From Eledone cirrhosa (Eukaryota): 64,000 nt of DNA. The DNA lies in NCBI GenBank assembly GCA_964016885.1, contig OZ024745.1, positions 82,212,001 through 82,276,000 on the forward strand. Direction: 5' to 3'. Positions 1-16,300 of the stretch are shown here, piece by piece; the stretch's first letter is position 1; each line of letters begins with the position of its first letter. A program made the translations under genes and the position numbers. The notes beneath the pieces were generated by a model that ran no database searches, was not told where the DNA came from, and was given only the letters and a program-made list of their open reading frames with translations.

Positions 1-3000
1 ATTCCCATAAAATTAATAATTCACTCACACCAAATTGATAACATATTCCCACAAAATTGATTATTCACTCTTACCAAATTGATAACACATTCCCAGAAAA
101 TTAGTAATTCACTCACACCAAATTGATCACATATTCCCAATAAACTGATAATTCAATCACACGAAATTGATAACATATTTCCACAAAATTAATAATTCAC
201 TCACACGAAATTGATAACTTATTCCCAGAAAATTAATAATCCTCTCACAGCAAATTGATAACATATTCCCACAAAATTGATAATTCACTCCCACCAAATT
301 GATAACTTATTCCCATAAAATTAATAATTCACTCACACCAAATTGATAACATATTCCCACAAAATTAATAATCCACTCACACCAAATTGATAACATATTC
401 CCACAAAATTGATAATTCACTTGCACCAAATTGATGACATATTCCCACAAAATTAATAATCGACTCACAGCAAATTGATAACATATTCCCACAAAATTAA
501 TAATCCACTCACACCAAATTGATATCGTATTCCCACAAAATTAATAATCCACTCACACCAAATTGATAACATATTCCCACAAAATTAATAATTCACTCAC
601 ACCAAATTGATAACATATTCCCACAAAATTGATTATTCACTCTTACCAAATTGATAACACATTCCCATTAAACTGATAATTAACTGGCACCAAATTGATA
701 ACATATTCCCACAAAATTGATAATGCTCTCACACGAAATTGATAACATATTCCCTCAAAATTAATAACTAACTCACACCAAATTGATAACTTATTCCCAC
801 AAAGTTGATAATTCAATTACACACAATTGATAACATATTCCCACAAAATTAATAATTCACTCACACGAAATTGATAACATAATCCCATAAAATTAATAAT
901 CCACTCACACCAAATTGATAACATATTCCCACAAAATTAATAATTCACTCACACCAAATTGATAACATATTCCCACAAAATTGATTATTCACTCATAGCA
1001 ATTTGATAACATATTCCCACAAAATTAATAATTGACTCACACCAAATTGATAACATATTCCCATAAAATTTATAATTCACTCGCACCAAATTGATAACGT
1101 ATTCCCACAAAATTAATAATTCACGCACACCAAATTGATAACATATTCCCACAAAATTAATAATCCACTCACACTAAATTGATAACGTATTGCCACAAAA
1201 TTAATTATCCACTCACACCAAATTGATAACATATTCCCACAAAATTGATTATTCACTCTTACCAAATTGATGACACATTCCCATTAAACTGATAATTCAC
1301 TCGCACTAAATTGATAACATATTCCCACAAAATTGATAATGCTCTCACACCAAATTGATAACATATTCCCACAAAATTAATAATTCACTCACAACAAATT
1401 GATAAATTATTCCCACAAAATTGATAATTCAATCACACCCAATTGATAACATATTCCCATAGCATTGATAATTCACTCGCACCAAATTGATAACATATTC
1501 CCACAAAATTAATAATTCACTCACACCAAATTGATGACATATTCCCAAAATATTTATAATTAACTCGCACCAAATTAATAACGTATTCCCACAAAATTAA
1601 TAATTCACGCACACCAAATTGATAACATATTCCCACAAAATTAATAATCCACTCTCACTAAATTGATAACATATTTTCACAAAATTAATAATCCACTCAC
1701 ACCAAATTGATAACATATTCCCACAAAATTAATAATTCACTCACACCAAATTGATAACATATTCCCACAAAATTGATTATTCACTCATAGCAATTTGATA
1801 ACATATTCCCACAAAATTAATAATTCACTCACACCAAATTGATAACATATTTCCACAAAATTGATAATTCACTCGCACCAAATTGATAACATATTCCCAC
1901 AAAATTAATAATCGACTCACAGCAAATTGATAACATATTCCCACAAAATTAATAATCCACTCACACTAAATTGATAACGTATTGCCACAAAATTAATAAT
2001 CCACTCACACCAAATTGATAACATATTCCCACAAAATTGATTATTCACTCTTACCAAATTGATGACACATTCCCATTAAACTGATAATTCACTCGCACTA
2101 AATTGATAACATATTCCCACAAAATTGATAATGCTCTCACACCAAATTGATAACATATTCCCACAAAATTAATAATTCACTCACAACAAATTGATAAATT
2201 ATTCCCACAAAATTGATAATTCAATCACACCCAATTGATAACATATTCCCACGGCATTGATAATTCACTCGCACCAAATTGATAACATATTCCCACAAAA
2301 TTAATAATTCACTCACACCAAATTGATGACATATTCCCATAATATTTATAATTAACTCGCACCAAATTAATAACGTATTCCCACAAAATTAATAATTCAC
2401 GCACACCAAATTGATAACATTCCCACAAAATTAATAATCCTCTCGCACCAAATTGATAACATATTCCCACAAAATTAATAATCCACTCACACCAAATTGA
2501 TAACATATTCCCATAAAATTAATAATCCACTCACACCAAATTGATAACATATTCCCACAAAATTAATAATCCACTCACACCAAATTGATAACATTCCCAC
2601 AAAATTAATAATCCACTCACACCAAATTGATAACATATTCCCACAAAATTAATAATCCACTCACACCAAATTGATAACATATTCCCAGAAAATTAGTAAT
2701 TCACTCACACCAAATTGATAACATTCCCACAAAATTAATAATCCACTCACACCAAATTGCTAACATATTCCCACAAAATTAATAATCCACTCACACCAAA
2801 TTGATAACATATTCCCAGAAAATTAGTAATTCACTCACACCAAATTGATCACATATTCCCAATAAACAGATAATTCAATCACACGAAATTGATAACATAT
2901 TTCCACAAAATTAATAATCCTCTCACACCAAATTGATAACATATTCCCACAAAATTGATAATTCACTCCCACCAAATTGATAACTTATTCCCATAAAATT

Positions 3001-6000
3001 AATAATTCACTCACACCAAATTGATAACATATTCCCACAAAATTAATAATCCACTCACACCAAATTGATAACATATTCCCACAAAATTGATAATTCACTC
3101 GCACCAAATTGATAACATATTCCCACAAAATTAATAATCGACTCACAGCAAATTGATAACATATTCCCACAAAATTAATAATCCACTCACACCAAATTGA
3201 TATCGTATTCCCACAAAATTAATAATCCACTCACACCAAATTGATAACATATTCCCACAAAATTAATAATTCACTCACACCAAATTGATAACATATTCCC
3301 ACAAAATTGATTATTCACTCTTACCAAATTGATAACACATTCCCATTAAACTGATAATTAACTGGCACCAAATTGATAACATATTCCCACAAAATTGATA
3401 ATGCTCTCACACGAAATTGATAACATATTCCCTCAAAATTAATAATTAACTCACACCAAATTGATAACTTATTCCCACAAAGTTAATAATTCAATTATAC
3501 ACAATTGATAACATATTCCCACAAAATTAATAATTCACTCACACGAAATTGATAACATAATCCCATAAAATTAATAATCCACTCACACCAAATTGATAAC
3601 GTATTCCCACAAAATTAATAATCCACTCACACCAAATTGATAACATATTCACACAAAATTAATAATTCAGTCACACCAAATTGATAACATATTCCCACAA
3701 AATTGATTATTCACTCATAGCAATTTGATAACATATTCCCACAAAATTAATAATTCACTCACACCAAATTGATAACATATTTCCACAAAATTGATAATTC
3801 ACTCGCACCAAATTGATAACATATTCCCACAAAATAATCGACTCACAGCAAATTGATAACATATTCCCACAAAATTAATAATCCACTCACACTAAATTGA
3901 TAACGTATTGCCACAAAATTAATAATCCACTCACACCAAATTGATAACATATTCCCACAAAATTGATTATTCACTCTTACCAAATTGATGACACATTCCC
4001 ATTAAACTGATAATTCACTCGCACTAAATTGATAACATATTCCCACAAAATTGATAATGCTCTCACACCAAATTGATAACATATTCCCACAAAATTAATA
4101 ATTCACTCACAACAAATTGATGACATATTCCCATAATATTTATAATTAACTCGCACCAAATTAATAACGTATTCCCACAAAATTAATAATTCACGCACAC
4201 CAAATTGATAACATATTCCCACAAAATTAATATTCCACTCTCACTAAATTGATAACATATTTTCACAAAATTAATAATCCACTCACACCAAATTGATAAC
4301 ATATTCCCACAAAATTAATAATCCACTCACACCAAATTGATAACATATTCCCACAAAATTGATTATTCACTCATAGCAATTTGATAACATATTCCCACAA
4401 AATTAATAATTCACTCACACCAAATTGATAACATATTTCCACAAAATTGATAATTCACTCGCACCAAATTGATAACATATTCCCACAAAATTAATAATCG
4501 ACTCACAGCAAATTGATAAAATATTCCCACAAAATTAATAATCCACTCACACTAAATTGATAACGTATTGCCACAAAATTAATAATCCACTCACACCAAA
4601 TTGATAACATATTCCCACAAAATTGATTATTCACTCTTACCAAATTGATGACACATTCCCATTAAACTGCTAATTCACTCGCACTAAATTGATAACATAT
4701 TCCCACAAAATTGATAATGCTCTCACACCAAATTGATAACATATTCCCACAAAATTAATAATTCACTCACAACAAATTGATAAATTATTCCCACAAAATT
4801 GATAATTCAATCACACCCAATTGATAACATATTCCCACAAAATTAATAATTCACTCACACCAAATTGATGACATATTCCCATAATATTTATAATTAACTC
4901 GCACCAAATTAATAACGTATTCCCACAAAATTAATAATTCACGCACACCAAATTGATAACATTCCCACAAAATTAATAATCCTCTCGCACCAAATTGATA
5001 ACATATTCCCACAAAATTAATAATCCACTCACACCAAATTGATAACATATTCCCACAAAATTAATAATCCACTCACACCAAATTGATAACATATTCCCAC
5101 AAAATTAATAATCCACTCACACCAAATTGATAACATTCCCACAAAATTAATAATCCACTCACACCAAATTGATAACATATTCCCACAAAATTAATAATCC
5201 ACTCACACCAAATTGATAACATATTCCCAGAAAATTAGTAATTCACTCACACCAAATTGATAACATGCCCACAAAATTAATAATCCACTCACACCAAATT
5301 GATAACATATTCCCACAAAATTAATAATCCACTCACACCAAATTGATAACATATTCCCAGAAAATTAGTAATTCACTCACACCAAATTGATCACATATTC
5401 CCAATAAACAGATAATTCAATCACACGAATTTGATAACATATTTCCACAAAATTGATAATTCACTCCCAACAAATTGATAACTTATTCCCATAAAATTAA
5501 TAATTCACTCACACCAAATTGATAACATATTCCCACAAAATTAATAATCCACTCACACCAAATTGATAACATATTCCCACAAAATTGATAATTCACTCGC
5601 ACCAAATTGATAACATATTCCCACAAAATTAATAATCGACTCACAGCAAATTGATAACATATTCCCACAAAATTAATAATCCACTCACACCAAATTGATA
5701 TCGTATTCCCACAAAATTAATAATCTACTCACACCAAATTGATAACATATTCCCACAAAATTAATAATTCACTCACACCAAATTGATAACATATACCCAC
5801 AAAATTGATTATTCACTCTTACCAAATTGATAACACATTCCCATTAAACTGATAATTAACTGGCACAAAATTGATAACATATTCCCACAAAATTGATAAT
5901 GCTCTCACACGAAATTGATAACATATTCCCTCAAAATTAATAATTAACTCACACCAAATTGATAACTTATTCCCACAAAGTTGATAATTCAATTACACAC

Positions 6001-8899
6001 AATTGATAACATATTCCCACAAAATTAATAATTCACTCACACGAAATTGATAACATAATCCCATAAAATTAATAATCCACTCACACCAAATTGATAACGT
6101 ATTCCCACAAAATTAATAATCCACTCACACCAAATTGATAACATATTCCCACAAAATTAATAATTCACTCACACCAAATTGATAACATATTCCCACAAAA
6201 TTGATTATTCACTCATAGCAATTTGATAACATATTCCCACAAAATTAATAATTGACTCACACCAAATTGATAACATATTCCCATAAAATTTATAATTCAC
6301 TCGCACCAAATTGATAACGTATTCCCACAAAATTAATAATTCACGCACACCAAATTGATAACATATTCCCACAAAATTAATAATCCACTCTCACTAAATT
6401 GATAACATATTTTCACAAAATTAATAATCCCCTCACACCAAATTGATAACATATTCCCACAAAATTAATAATTCACTCACACCAAATTGATAACATATTC
6501 CCACAAAATTGATTATGCACTCATAGCAATTTGATAACATATTCCCACAAAATTGATAATTCACTCACACGAAATTGATAACATATTCCCACAAAATTAA
6601 TAATCGACTCACAGCAAATTGATAACATATTCCCACAAAATTAATAATCCACTCACACCCAATTGATAACATATTCCCACAAAATTAATAATTCACTCAC
6701 ACCAAATTGATAACATATTCCCACAAAATTGATTATTCACTCTTATCAAATTGATAACACATTCCCATTAAACTGAAAATTCACTCGCACTAAATTGATA
6801 ACATATTCCCACAAAATTGATAATGCTCTCACACAAAATTGATAACATATTCCCACAGAATTAATAATTCACTCGCACCAAATTGATAACATTTTACCAC
6901 AAAATTAATAATCCTCTCACACCAAATTGATAACGTATTCCCAGAATATTAATAATCCACTCACACCAAATTCATAACTTATTCCCACAAAATTGATAAT
7001 TCACTCACACGAAATTGATAACATATTCCCACAAAATTGATAATTCACTCGCACCAAATTGATAACATATTCTCACAAAATTAATAATCGACTCACAGCA
7101 AATTGATAACATATTCCCACAAAATTAATAATCCACTCACACCCAATTGATAACATATTCCCACAAAATTAATAATTCACTCACACCCAATTGATAACAT
7201 ATTCCCACAAATTTGATAATTCACTCGCACCAAATTGATAACATATTCCCAGAAAATTAATAATTCACTCACACCAAATTGACAACATATCCCCATTAAA
7301 CTGATACTTCAATCACACACAATTGATAACATATTCCCACAAAATTGATAATTCACTCACACCAAATTGATAACTTATTCCCATAAAATTAATAATTCAC
7401 TCACACCAAATTGATAACATATTTCCACAAAATTGATAATTCACTCGCACCAAATTGATAACAAATTCCCACAAAATTAAGAATCGACTCACAGCAAATT
7501 GATAACATATTCCCACAAAATTAATAATCCACTCACACTAAATTGATAACGTATTGCCACAAAATTAATAATTCCCTCACACCAAATTGATAACATATTC
7601 CCACAAAATTGATTATTCACTCTTACCAAATTGATAACACATTCCCATTAAACTGATAATTCACTCACAACAAATTGATAACTTATTCCCACAAAATTGA
7701 TAATTCAATCACACCCAATTGATAACATATTCCCACAGCATTGATAATTCACTCGCACCAAATTGATAACATATTCCCACAAAATTAATAATTCACTCAC
7801 ACCAAATTGATGACATATTTCCATAATATTTATAATTAACTCGCACCAAATTAATAACGTATTCCCACAAAATTAATAATTCACGCACACCAAATTGATA
7901 ACATTCCCACAAAATTAATAATCCTCTCGCACCAAATTGATAACATATTCCCACAAAATTAATAATCCACTCACACCAAATTGATAACATATTCCCACAA
8001 AATTAATAATCCACTCACACCAAATTGATAACATATTCCCACAAAATTAATAATCCACTCACACCAAATTGATAACATTCCCACAAAATTAATAATCCAC
8101 TCACACCAAATTGATAACATATTCCCACAAAATTAATAATCCACTCACACCAAATTGATAACATATTCCCAGAAAATTAGTAATTCACTCACACGAAATT
8201 GATAACATATTCACACAAAATTAATAATTCAGTCACACCAAATTGATAACATATTCCCACAAAATTGATAATCCTCTCACACCAAATTGATAACATATTC
8301 CCAGAAAATTGATAATTCACTCCCACCAAATTGATAACATATTCCCACAAAATTGATAATGCTCCTACACGAAATTGATAACATATTCCCTCAAAATTAA
8401 TAATTAACTCACACCAAATTGATAACTTATTCCCACAAAGTTGATAATTCAATTACACACAATTGATAACATATTCCCACAAAATTAATAATTCACTCAT
8501 ACGAAATTGATAACATAATCCCATAAAATTAATAATCCACTCACACCAAATTGATAACGTATTCCCACAAAATTAATAATCCACTCACACCAAATTGATA
8601 ACATATTCCCTCAAAATTAATAATTAACTCACACCAAATTGATAACTTATTCCCACAAAGTTAATAATTCAATTACACACAATTGATAACATATTCCCAC
8701 AAAATTAATAATTCAATTACACACAATTGATAACATATTCCCACAAAATTAATAATTCACTCACACGAAATTGATAACATAATCCCATAAAATTAATAAT
8801 CCACTCACACCAAATTGATAACGTATTCCCACAAAATTAATAATCCACTCACACCAAATTGATAACATATTCACACAAAATTAATAATTCAGTCACACC

Positions 8900-10360
8900 A
8901 AATTGATAACATATTCCCACAAAATTGATTATTCACTCATAGCAATTTGATAACATATTCCCACAAAATTAATAATTCACTCACACCAAATTGATAACAT
9001 ATTTCCACAAAATTGATAATTCACTCGCACCAAATTGATAACATATTCCCACAAAATTAATAATCGACTCACAGCAAATTGATAACATATTCCCACAAAA
9101 TTAATAATCCACTCACACTAAATTGATAACGTATTGCCACAAAATTAATAATCCACTCACACCAAATTGATAACATATTCCCACAAAATTGATTATTCAC
9201 TCTTACCAAATTGATGACACATTCCCATTAAACTGATAATTCACTCGCACTAAATTGATAACATATTCCCACAAAATTGATAATGCTCTCACACCAAATT
9301 GATAACATATTACCACAAAATTAATAATTCACTCACAACAAATTGATAAATTATTCCCACAAAATTGATAATTCAATCACACCCAATTGATAACATATTC
9401 CCACAGCATTGATAATTCACTCGCACCAAATTGATAACATATTCCCACAAAATTAATAATTCACTCACACCAAATTGATGACATATTCCCATAATATTTA
9501 TAATTAACTCGCACCAAATTAATAACGTATTCCCACAAAATTAATAATTCACGCACACCAAATTGATAACATATTCCCACAAAATTAATAATCCACTCTC
9601 ACTAAATTGATAACATATTTTCACAAAATTAATAATCCACTCACACCAAATTGATAACATATTCCCACAAAATTAATAATTCACTCACACCAAATTGATA
9701 ACATATTCCCACAAAATTGATTATTCACTCATAGCAATTTGATAACATATTCCCACAAAATTAATAATTCACTCACACCAAATTGATAACATATTTCCAC
9801 AAAATTGATAATTCACTCGCACCAAATTGATAACATATTCCCACAAAATTAATAATCGACTCACAGCAAATTGATAAAATATTCCCACAAAATTAATAAT
9901 CCACTCACACTAAATTGATAACGTATTGCCACAAAATTAATAATCCACTCACACCAAATTGATAACATATTCCCACAAAATTGATTATTCACTCTTACCA
10001 AATTGATGACACATTCCCATTAAACTGATAATTCACTCGCACTAAATTGATAACATATTCCCACAAAATTGATAATGCTCTCACACCAAATTGATAACAT
10101 ATTCCCACAAAATTAATAATTCACTCACAACAAATTGATAAATTATTCCCACAAAATTGATAATTCAATCACACCCAATTGATAACATATTCCCACAGCA
10201 TTGATAATTCACTCGCACCAAATTGATAACATATTCCCACAAAATTAATAATTCACTCACACCAAATTGATGACATATTCCCATAATATTTATAATTAAC
10301 TCGCACCAAATTAATAACGTATTCCCACAAAATTAATAATTCACGCACACCAAATTGATA
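8900..10360 (+). repeat. 792-bp (18-monomer) higher-order unit in near-tandem pair; also around 1532/2324 and 14636/15428
   Basis: The TGATGACATATTCCC marker is spaced exactly 792 bp (18x44) at 1532/2324, 9476/10268 and 14636/15428. Confidence 0.8.
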
Positions 10361-13300
10361 ACATTCCCACAAAATTAATAATCCTCTCGCACCAAATTGA
10401 TAACATATTCCCACAAAATTAATAATCCACTCACACCAAATTGATAACATATTCCCACAAAATTAATAATCCACTCACACCAAATTGATAACATATTGCC
10501 ACAAAATTAATAATCCACTCACACCAAATTGATAACATTCCCACAAAATTAATAATCCACTCACACCAAATTGATAACATATTCCCACAAAATTAATAAT
10601 CCACTCACACCAAATTGATAACATATTCCCAGAAAATTAGTAATTCACTCACACCAAATTGATAACATGCCCACAAAATTAATAATCCACTCACACCAAA
10701 TTGATAACATATTCCCACAAAATTAATAATCCACTCACACCAAATTGATAACATATTCCCAGAAAATTAGTAATTCACTCACACCAAATTGATCACATAT
10801 TCCCAATAAACAGATAATTCAATCACACGAATTTGATAACATATTTCCACAAAATTGATAATTCACTCCCACCAAATTGATAACTTATTCCCATAAAATT
10901 AATAATTCACTCACACCAAATTGATAACATATTCCCACAAAATTAATAATCCACTCACACCAAATTGATAACATATTCCCACAAAATTGATAATTCACTC
11001 GCACCAAATTGATAACATATTCCCACAAAATTAATAATCGACTCACAGCAAATTGATAACATATTCCCTCAAAATTAATAATTCACTCACACCAAATTGA
11101 TAACATATTCCCACAAAATTAATAATTCACTCACACGAAATTGATAACATAATCCCATAAAATTAATAATCCACTCACACCAAATTGATAACGTATTCCC
11201 ACAAAATTAATAATCCACTCACACCAAATTGATAACATATTCCCACAAAATTAATAATTCACTCACACCAAATTGATAACATATTCCCACAAAATTGATT
11301 ATTCACTCATAGCAATTTGATAACATATTCCCACAAAATTAATAATTGACTCACACCAAATTGATAACATATTCCCATAAAATTTATAATTCACTCGCAC
11401 CAAATTGATAACGTATTCCCACAAAATTAATAATTCACGCACACCAAATTGATAACATATTCCCACAAAATTAATAATCCACTCTCACTAAATTGATAAC
11501 ATATTTTCACAAAATTAATAAACCACTCACACCAAATTGATAACATATTCCCACAAAATTAATAATTCACTCACACCAAATTGATAACATATTCCCACAA
11601 AATTGATTATTCACTCATAGCAATTTGATAACATATTCCCACAAAATTGATAATTCACTCACACGAAATTGATAACATATTCCCACAAAATTAATAATCG
11701 ACTCACAGCAAATTGATAACATATTCCCACAAAATTAATAATCCACTCACACCCAATTGATAACATATTCCCACAAAATTAATAATTCACTCACACCAAA
11801 TTGATAACATATTCCCACAAAATTGATTATTCACTCTTATCAAATTGATAACACATTCCCATTAAACTGAAAATTCACTCGCACTAAATTGATAACATAT
11901 TCCCACAAAATTGATAATGCTCTCACACAAAATTGATAACATATTCCCACAGAATTAATAATTCACTCGCACCAAATTGATAACATTTTATCACAAAATT
12001 AATAATCCTCTCACACCAAATTGATAACGTATTCCCAGAATATTAATAATCCACTCACACCAAATTCATAACTTATTCCCACAAAATTGATAATTCACTC
12101 ACACGAAATTGATAACATATTCCCACAAAATTGATAATTCACTCGCACCAAATTGATAACATATTCTCACAAAATTAATAATCGACTCACAGCAAATTGA
12201 TAACATATTCCCACAAAATTAATAATCCACTCACACCCAATTGATAACATATTCCCACAAATTTGATAATTCACTCGCACCAAATTGATAACATATTCCC
12301 AAATAATTAATAATTCACTCACACCAAATTGACAACATATCCCCATTAAACTGATACTTCAATCACACACAATTGATAACATATTCCCACAAAATTGATA
12401 ATTCACTCACACCAAATTGATAACTTATTCCCATAAAATTAATAATTCACTCACACCAAATTGATAACATATTTCCACAAAATTGATAATTCACTCGCAC
12501 CAAATTGATAACATATTCCCACAAAATTAAGAATCGACTCACAGCAAATTGATAACATATTCCCACAAAATTAATAATCCACTCACACTAAATTGATAAC
12601 GTATTGCCACAAAATTAATAATCCCCTCACACCAAATTGATAACATATTCCCACAAAATTGATTATTCACTCTTACCAAATTGATAACACATTCCCATTA
12701 AACTGATAATTCACTCGCACTAAATTGATAACATATTCCCACAAAATTGATAATGCTCTCACACCAAATTGATAACATATTCCCACAAAATTAATAATTC
12801 ACTCACAACAAATTGATAACTTATTCCCACAAAATTGATAATTCAATCACACCCAATTGATAACATATTCCCACAGCATTGATAATTCACTCGCACCAAA
12901 TTGATAACATATTCCCACAAAATTAATAATTCACTCACACCAAATTGATGACATATTTCCATAATATTTATAATTAACTCGCACCAAATTAATAACGTAT
13001 TCCCACAAAATTAATAATTCACGCACACCAAATTGATAACATTCCCACAAAATTAATAATCCTCTCGCACCAAATTGATAACATATTCCCACAAAATTAA
13101 TAATCCACTCACACCAAATTGATAACATATTCCCACAAAATTAATAATCCACTCGCACCAAATTGATAACATATTCCCACAAAATTAATAATCCACTCAC
13201 ACCAAATTGATAACATTCCCACAAAATTAATAATCCACTCACACCAAATTGATAACATATTCCCACAAAATTAATAATCCACTCACACCAAATTGATAAC

Positions 13301-16300
13301 ATATTCCCATAAAATTAGTAATTCACTCACACCAAATTGATAACATATTCCCAATAAACAGATAATTCAATCACACGAAATTGATAACATATTTCCACAA
13401 AATTAATAATTCACTCACACGAAATTGATAACTTATTCCCAGAAAATTAATAATCCTCTCACACCAAATTGATAACATATTCCCAGAAAATTGATAATTC
13501 ACTCCCACCAAATTGATAACATATTCCCACAAAATTGATAACATATTCCCTCAAAATTAATAATTAACTCACACCAAATTGATAACTTATTCCCACAAAG
13601 TTGATAATTCAATTACACACAATTGATAACATATTCCCACAAAATTAATAATTCACTCACACGAAATTGATAACATAATCCCATAAAATTAATAATCCAC
13701 TCACACCAAATTGATAACGTATTCCCACAAAATTAATAATCCACTCACACCAAATTGATAACATATTCCCACAAAATTGATAATGCTCTCACACGAAATT
13801 GATAACATATTCCCTCAAAATTAATAATTAACTCACACCAAATTGATAACTTATTCCCACAAAGTTAATAATTCAATTACACACAATTGATAACATATTC
13901 CCACAAAATTAATAATTCACTCACACGAAATTGATAACATAATCCCATAAAATTAATAATCCACTCACACCAAATTGATAACGTATTCCCACAAAATTAA
14001 TAATCCACTCACACCAAATTGATAACATATTCACACAAAATTAATAATTCAGTCACACCAAATTGATAACATATTCCCACAAAATTGATTATTCACTCAT
14101 AGCAATTTGATAACATATTCCCACAAAATTAATAATTCACTCACACCAAATTGATAACATATTTCCACAAAATTGATAATTCACTCGCACCAAATTGATA
14201 ACATATTCCCACAAAATTAATAATCGACTCACAGCAAATTGATAACATATTCCCACAAAATTAATAATCCACTCACACTAAATTGATAACGTATTGCCAC
14301 AAAATTAATAATCCACTCACACCAAATTGATAACATATTCCCACAAAATTGATTATTCACTCTTACCAAATTGATGACACATTCCCATTAAACTGATAAT
14401 TCACTCGCACTAAATTGATAACATATTCCCACAAAATTGATAATGCTCTCACACCAAATTGATAACATATTCCCACAAAATTAATAATTCACTCACAACA
14501 AATTGATAAATTATTCCCACAAAATTGATAATTCAATCACACCCAATTGATAACATATTCCCACAGCATTGATAATTCACTCGCACCAAATTGATAACAT
14601 ATTCCCACAAAATTAATAATTCACTCACACCAAATTGATGACATATTCCCATAATATTTATAATTAACTCGCACCAAATTAATAACGTATTCCCACAAAA
14701 TTAATAATTCACGCACACCAAATTGATAACATATTCCCACAAAATTAATAATCCACTCTCACTAAATTGATAACATATTTTCACAAAATTAATAATCCAC
14801 TCACACCAAATTGATAACATATTCCCACAAAATTAATAATTCACTCACACCAAATTGATAACATATTCCCACAAAATTGATTATTCACTCATAGCAATTT
14901 GATAACATATTCCCACAAAATTAATAATTCACTCACACCAAATTGATAACATATTTCCACAAAATTGATAATTCACTCGCACCAAATTGATAACATATTC
15001 CCACAAAATTAATAATCGACTCACAGCAAATTGATAAAATATTCCCACAAAATTAATAATCCACTCACACTAAATTGATAACGTATTGCCACAAAATTAA
15101 TAATCCACTCACACCAAATTGATAACATATTCCCACAAAATTGATTATTCACTCTTACCAAATTGATGACACATTCCCATTAAACTGATAATTCACTCGC
15201 ACTAAATTGATAACATATTCCCACAAAATTGATAATGCTCTCACACCAAATTGATAACATATTCCCACAAAATTAATAATTCACTCACAACAAATTGATA
15301 AATTATTCCCACAAAATTGATAATTCAATCACACCCAATTGATAACATATTCCCACAGCATTGATAATTCACTCGCACCAAATTGATAACATATTCCCAC
15401 AAAATTAATAATTCACTCACACCAAATTGATGACATATTCCCATAATATTTATAATTAACTCGCACCAAATTAATAACGTATTCCCACAAAATTAATAAT
15501 TCACGCACACCAAATTGATAACATTCCCACAAAATTAATAATCCTCTCGCACCAAATTGATAACATATTCCCACAAAATTAATAATCCACTCACACCAAA
15601 TTGATAACATATTCCCACAAAATTAATAATCCACTCACACCAAATTGATAACATATTCCCACAAAATTAATAATCCACTCACACCAAATTGATAACATTC
15701 CCACAAAATTAATAATCCACTCACACCAAATTGATAACATATTCCCACAAAATTAATAATCCACTCACACCAAATTGATAACATATTCCCACAAAATTGA
15801 TAATTCACTCGCACCAAATTGATAACATATTCCCACAAAATTAATAATCGACTCACAGCAAATTGATAACATATTCCCTCAAAATTAATAATTAACTCAC
15901 ACCAAATTGATAACTTATTCCCACAAAGTTGATAATTCAATTACACACAATTGATAACATATTCCCACAAAATTAATAATTCACTCACACGAAATTGATA
16001 ACATAATCCCATAAAATTAATAATCCACTCACACCAAATTGATAACGTATTCCCACAAAATTAATAATCCACTCACACCAAATTGATAACATATTCCCAC
16101 AAAATTAATAATTCACTCACACCAAATTGATAACATATTCCCACCAAATTGATTATTCACTCATAGCAATTTGATAACATATTCCCACAAAATTAATAAT
16201 TGACTCACACCAAATTGATAACATATTCCCATAAAATTTATAATTCACTCGCACCAAATTGATAACGTATTCCCACAAAATTAATAATTCACGCACACCA

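Noticed and set aside
1033-1039. AP-1-like TGACTCA in the TTGACTCAC variant monomer
   Set aside because: It is a single substitution from the consensus, propagated by block duplication, with no independent evidence of function.
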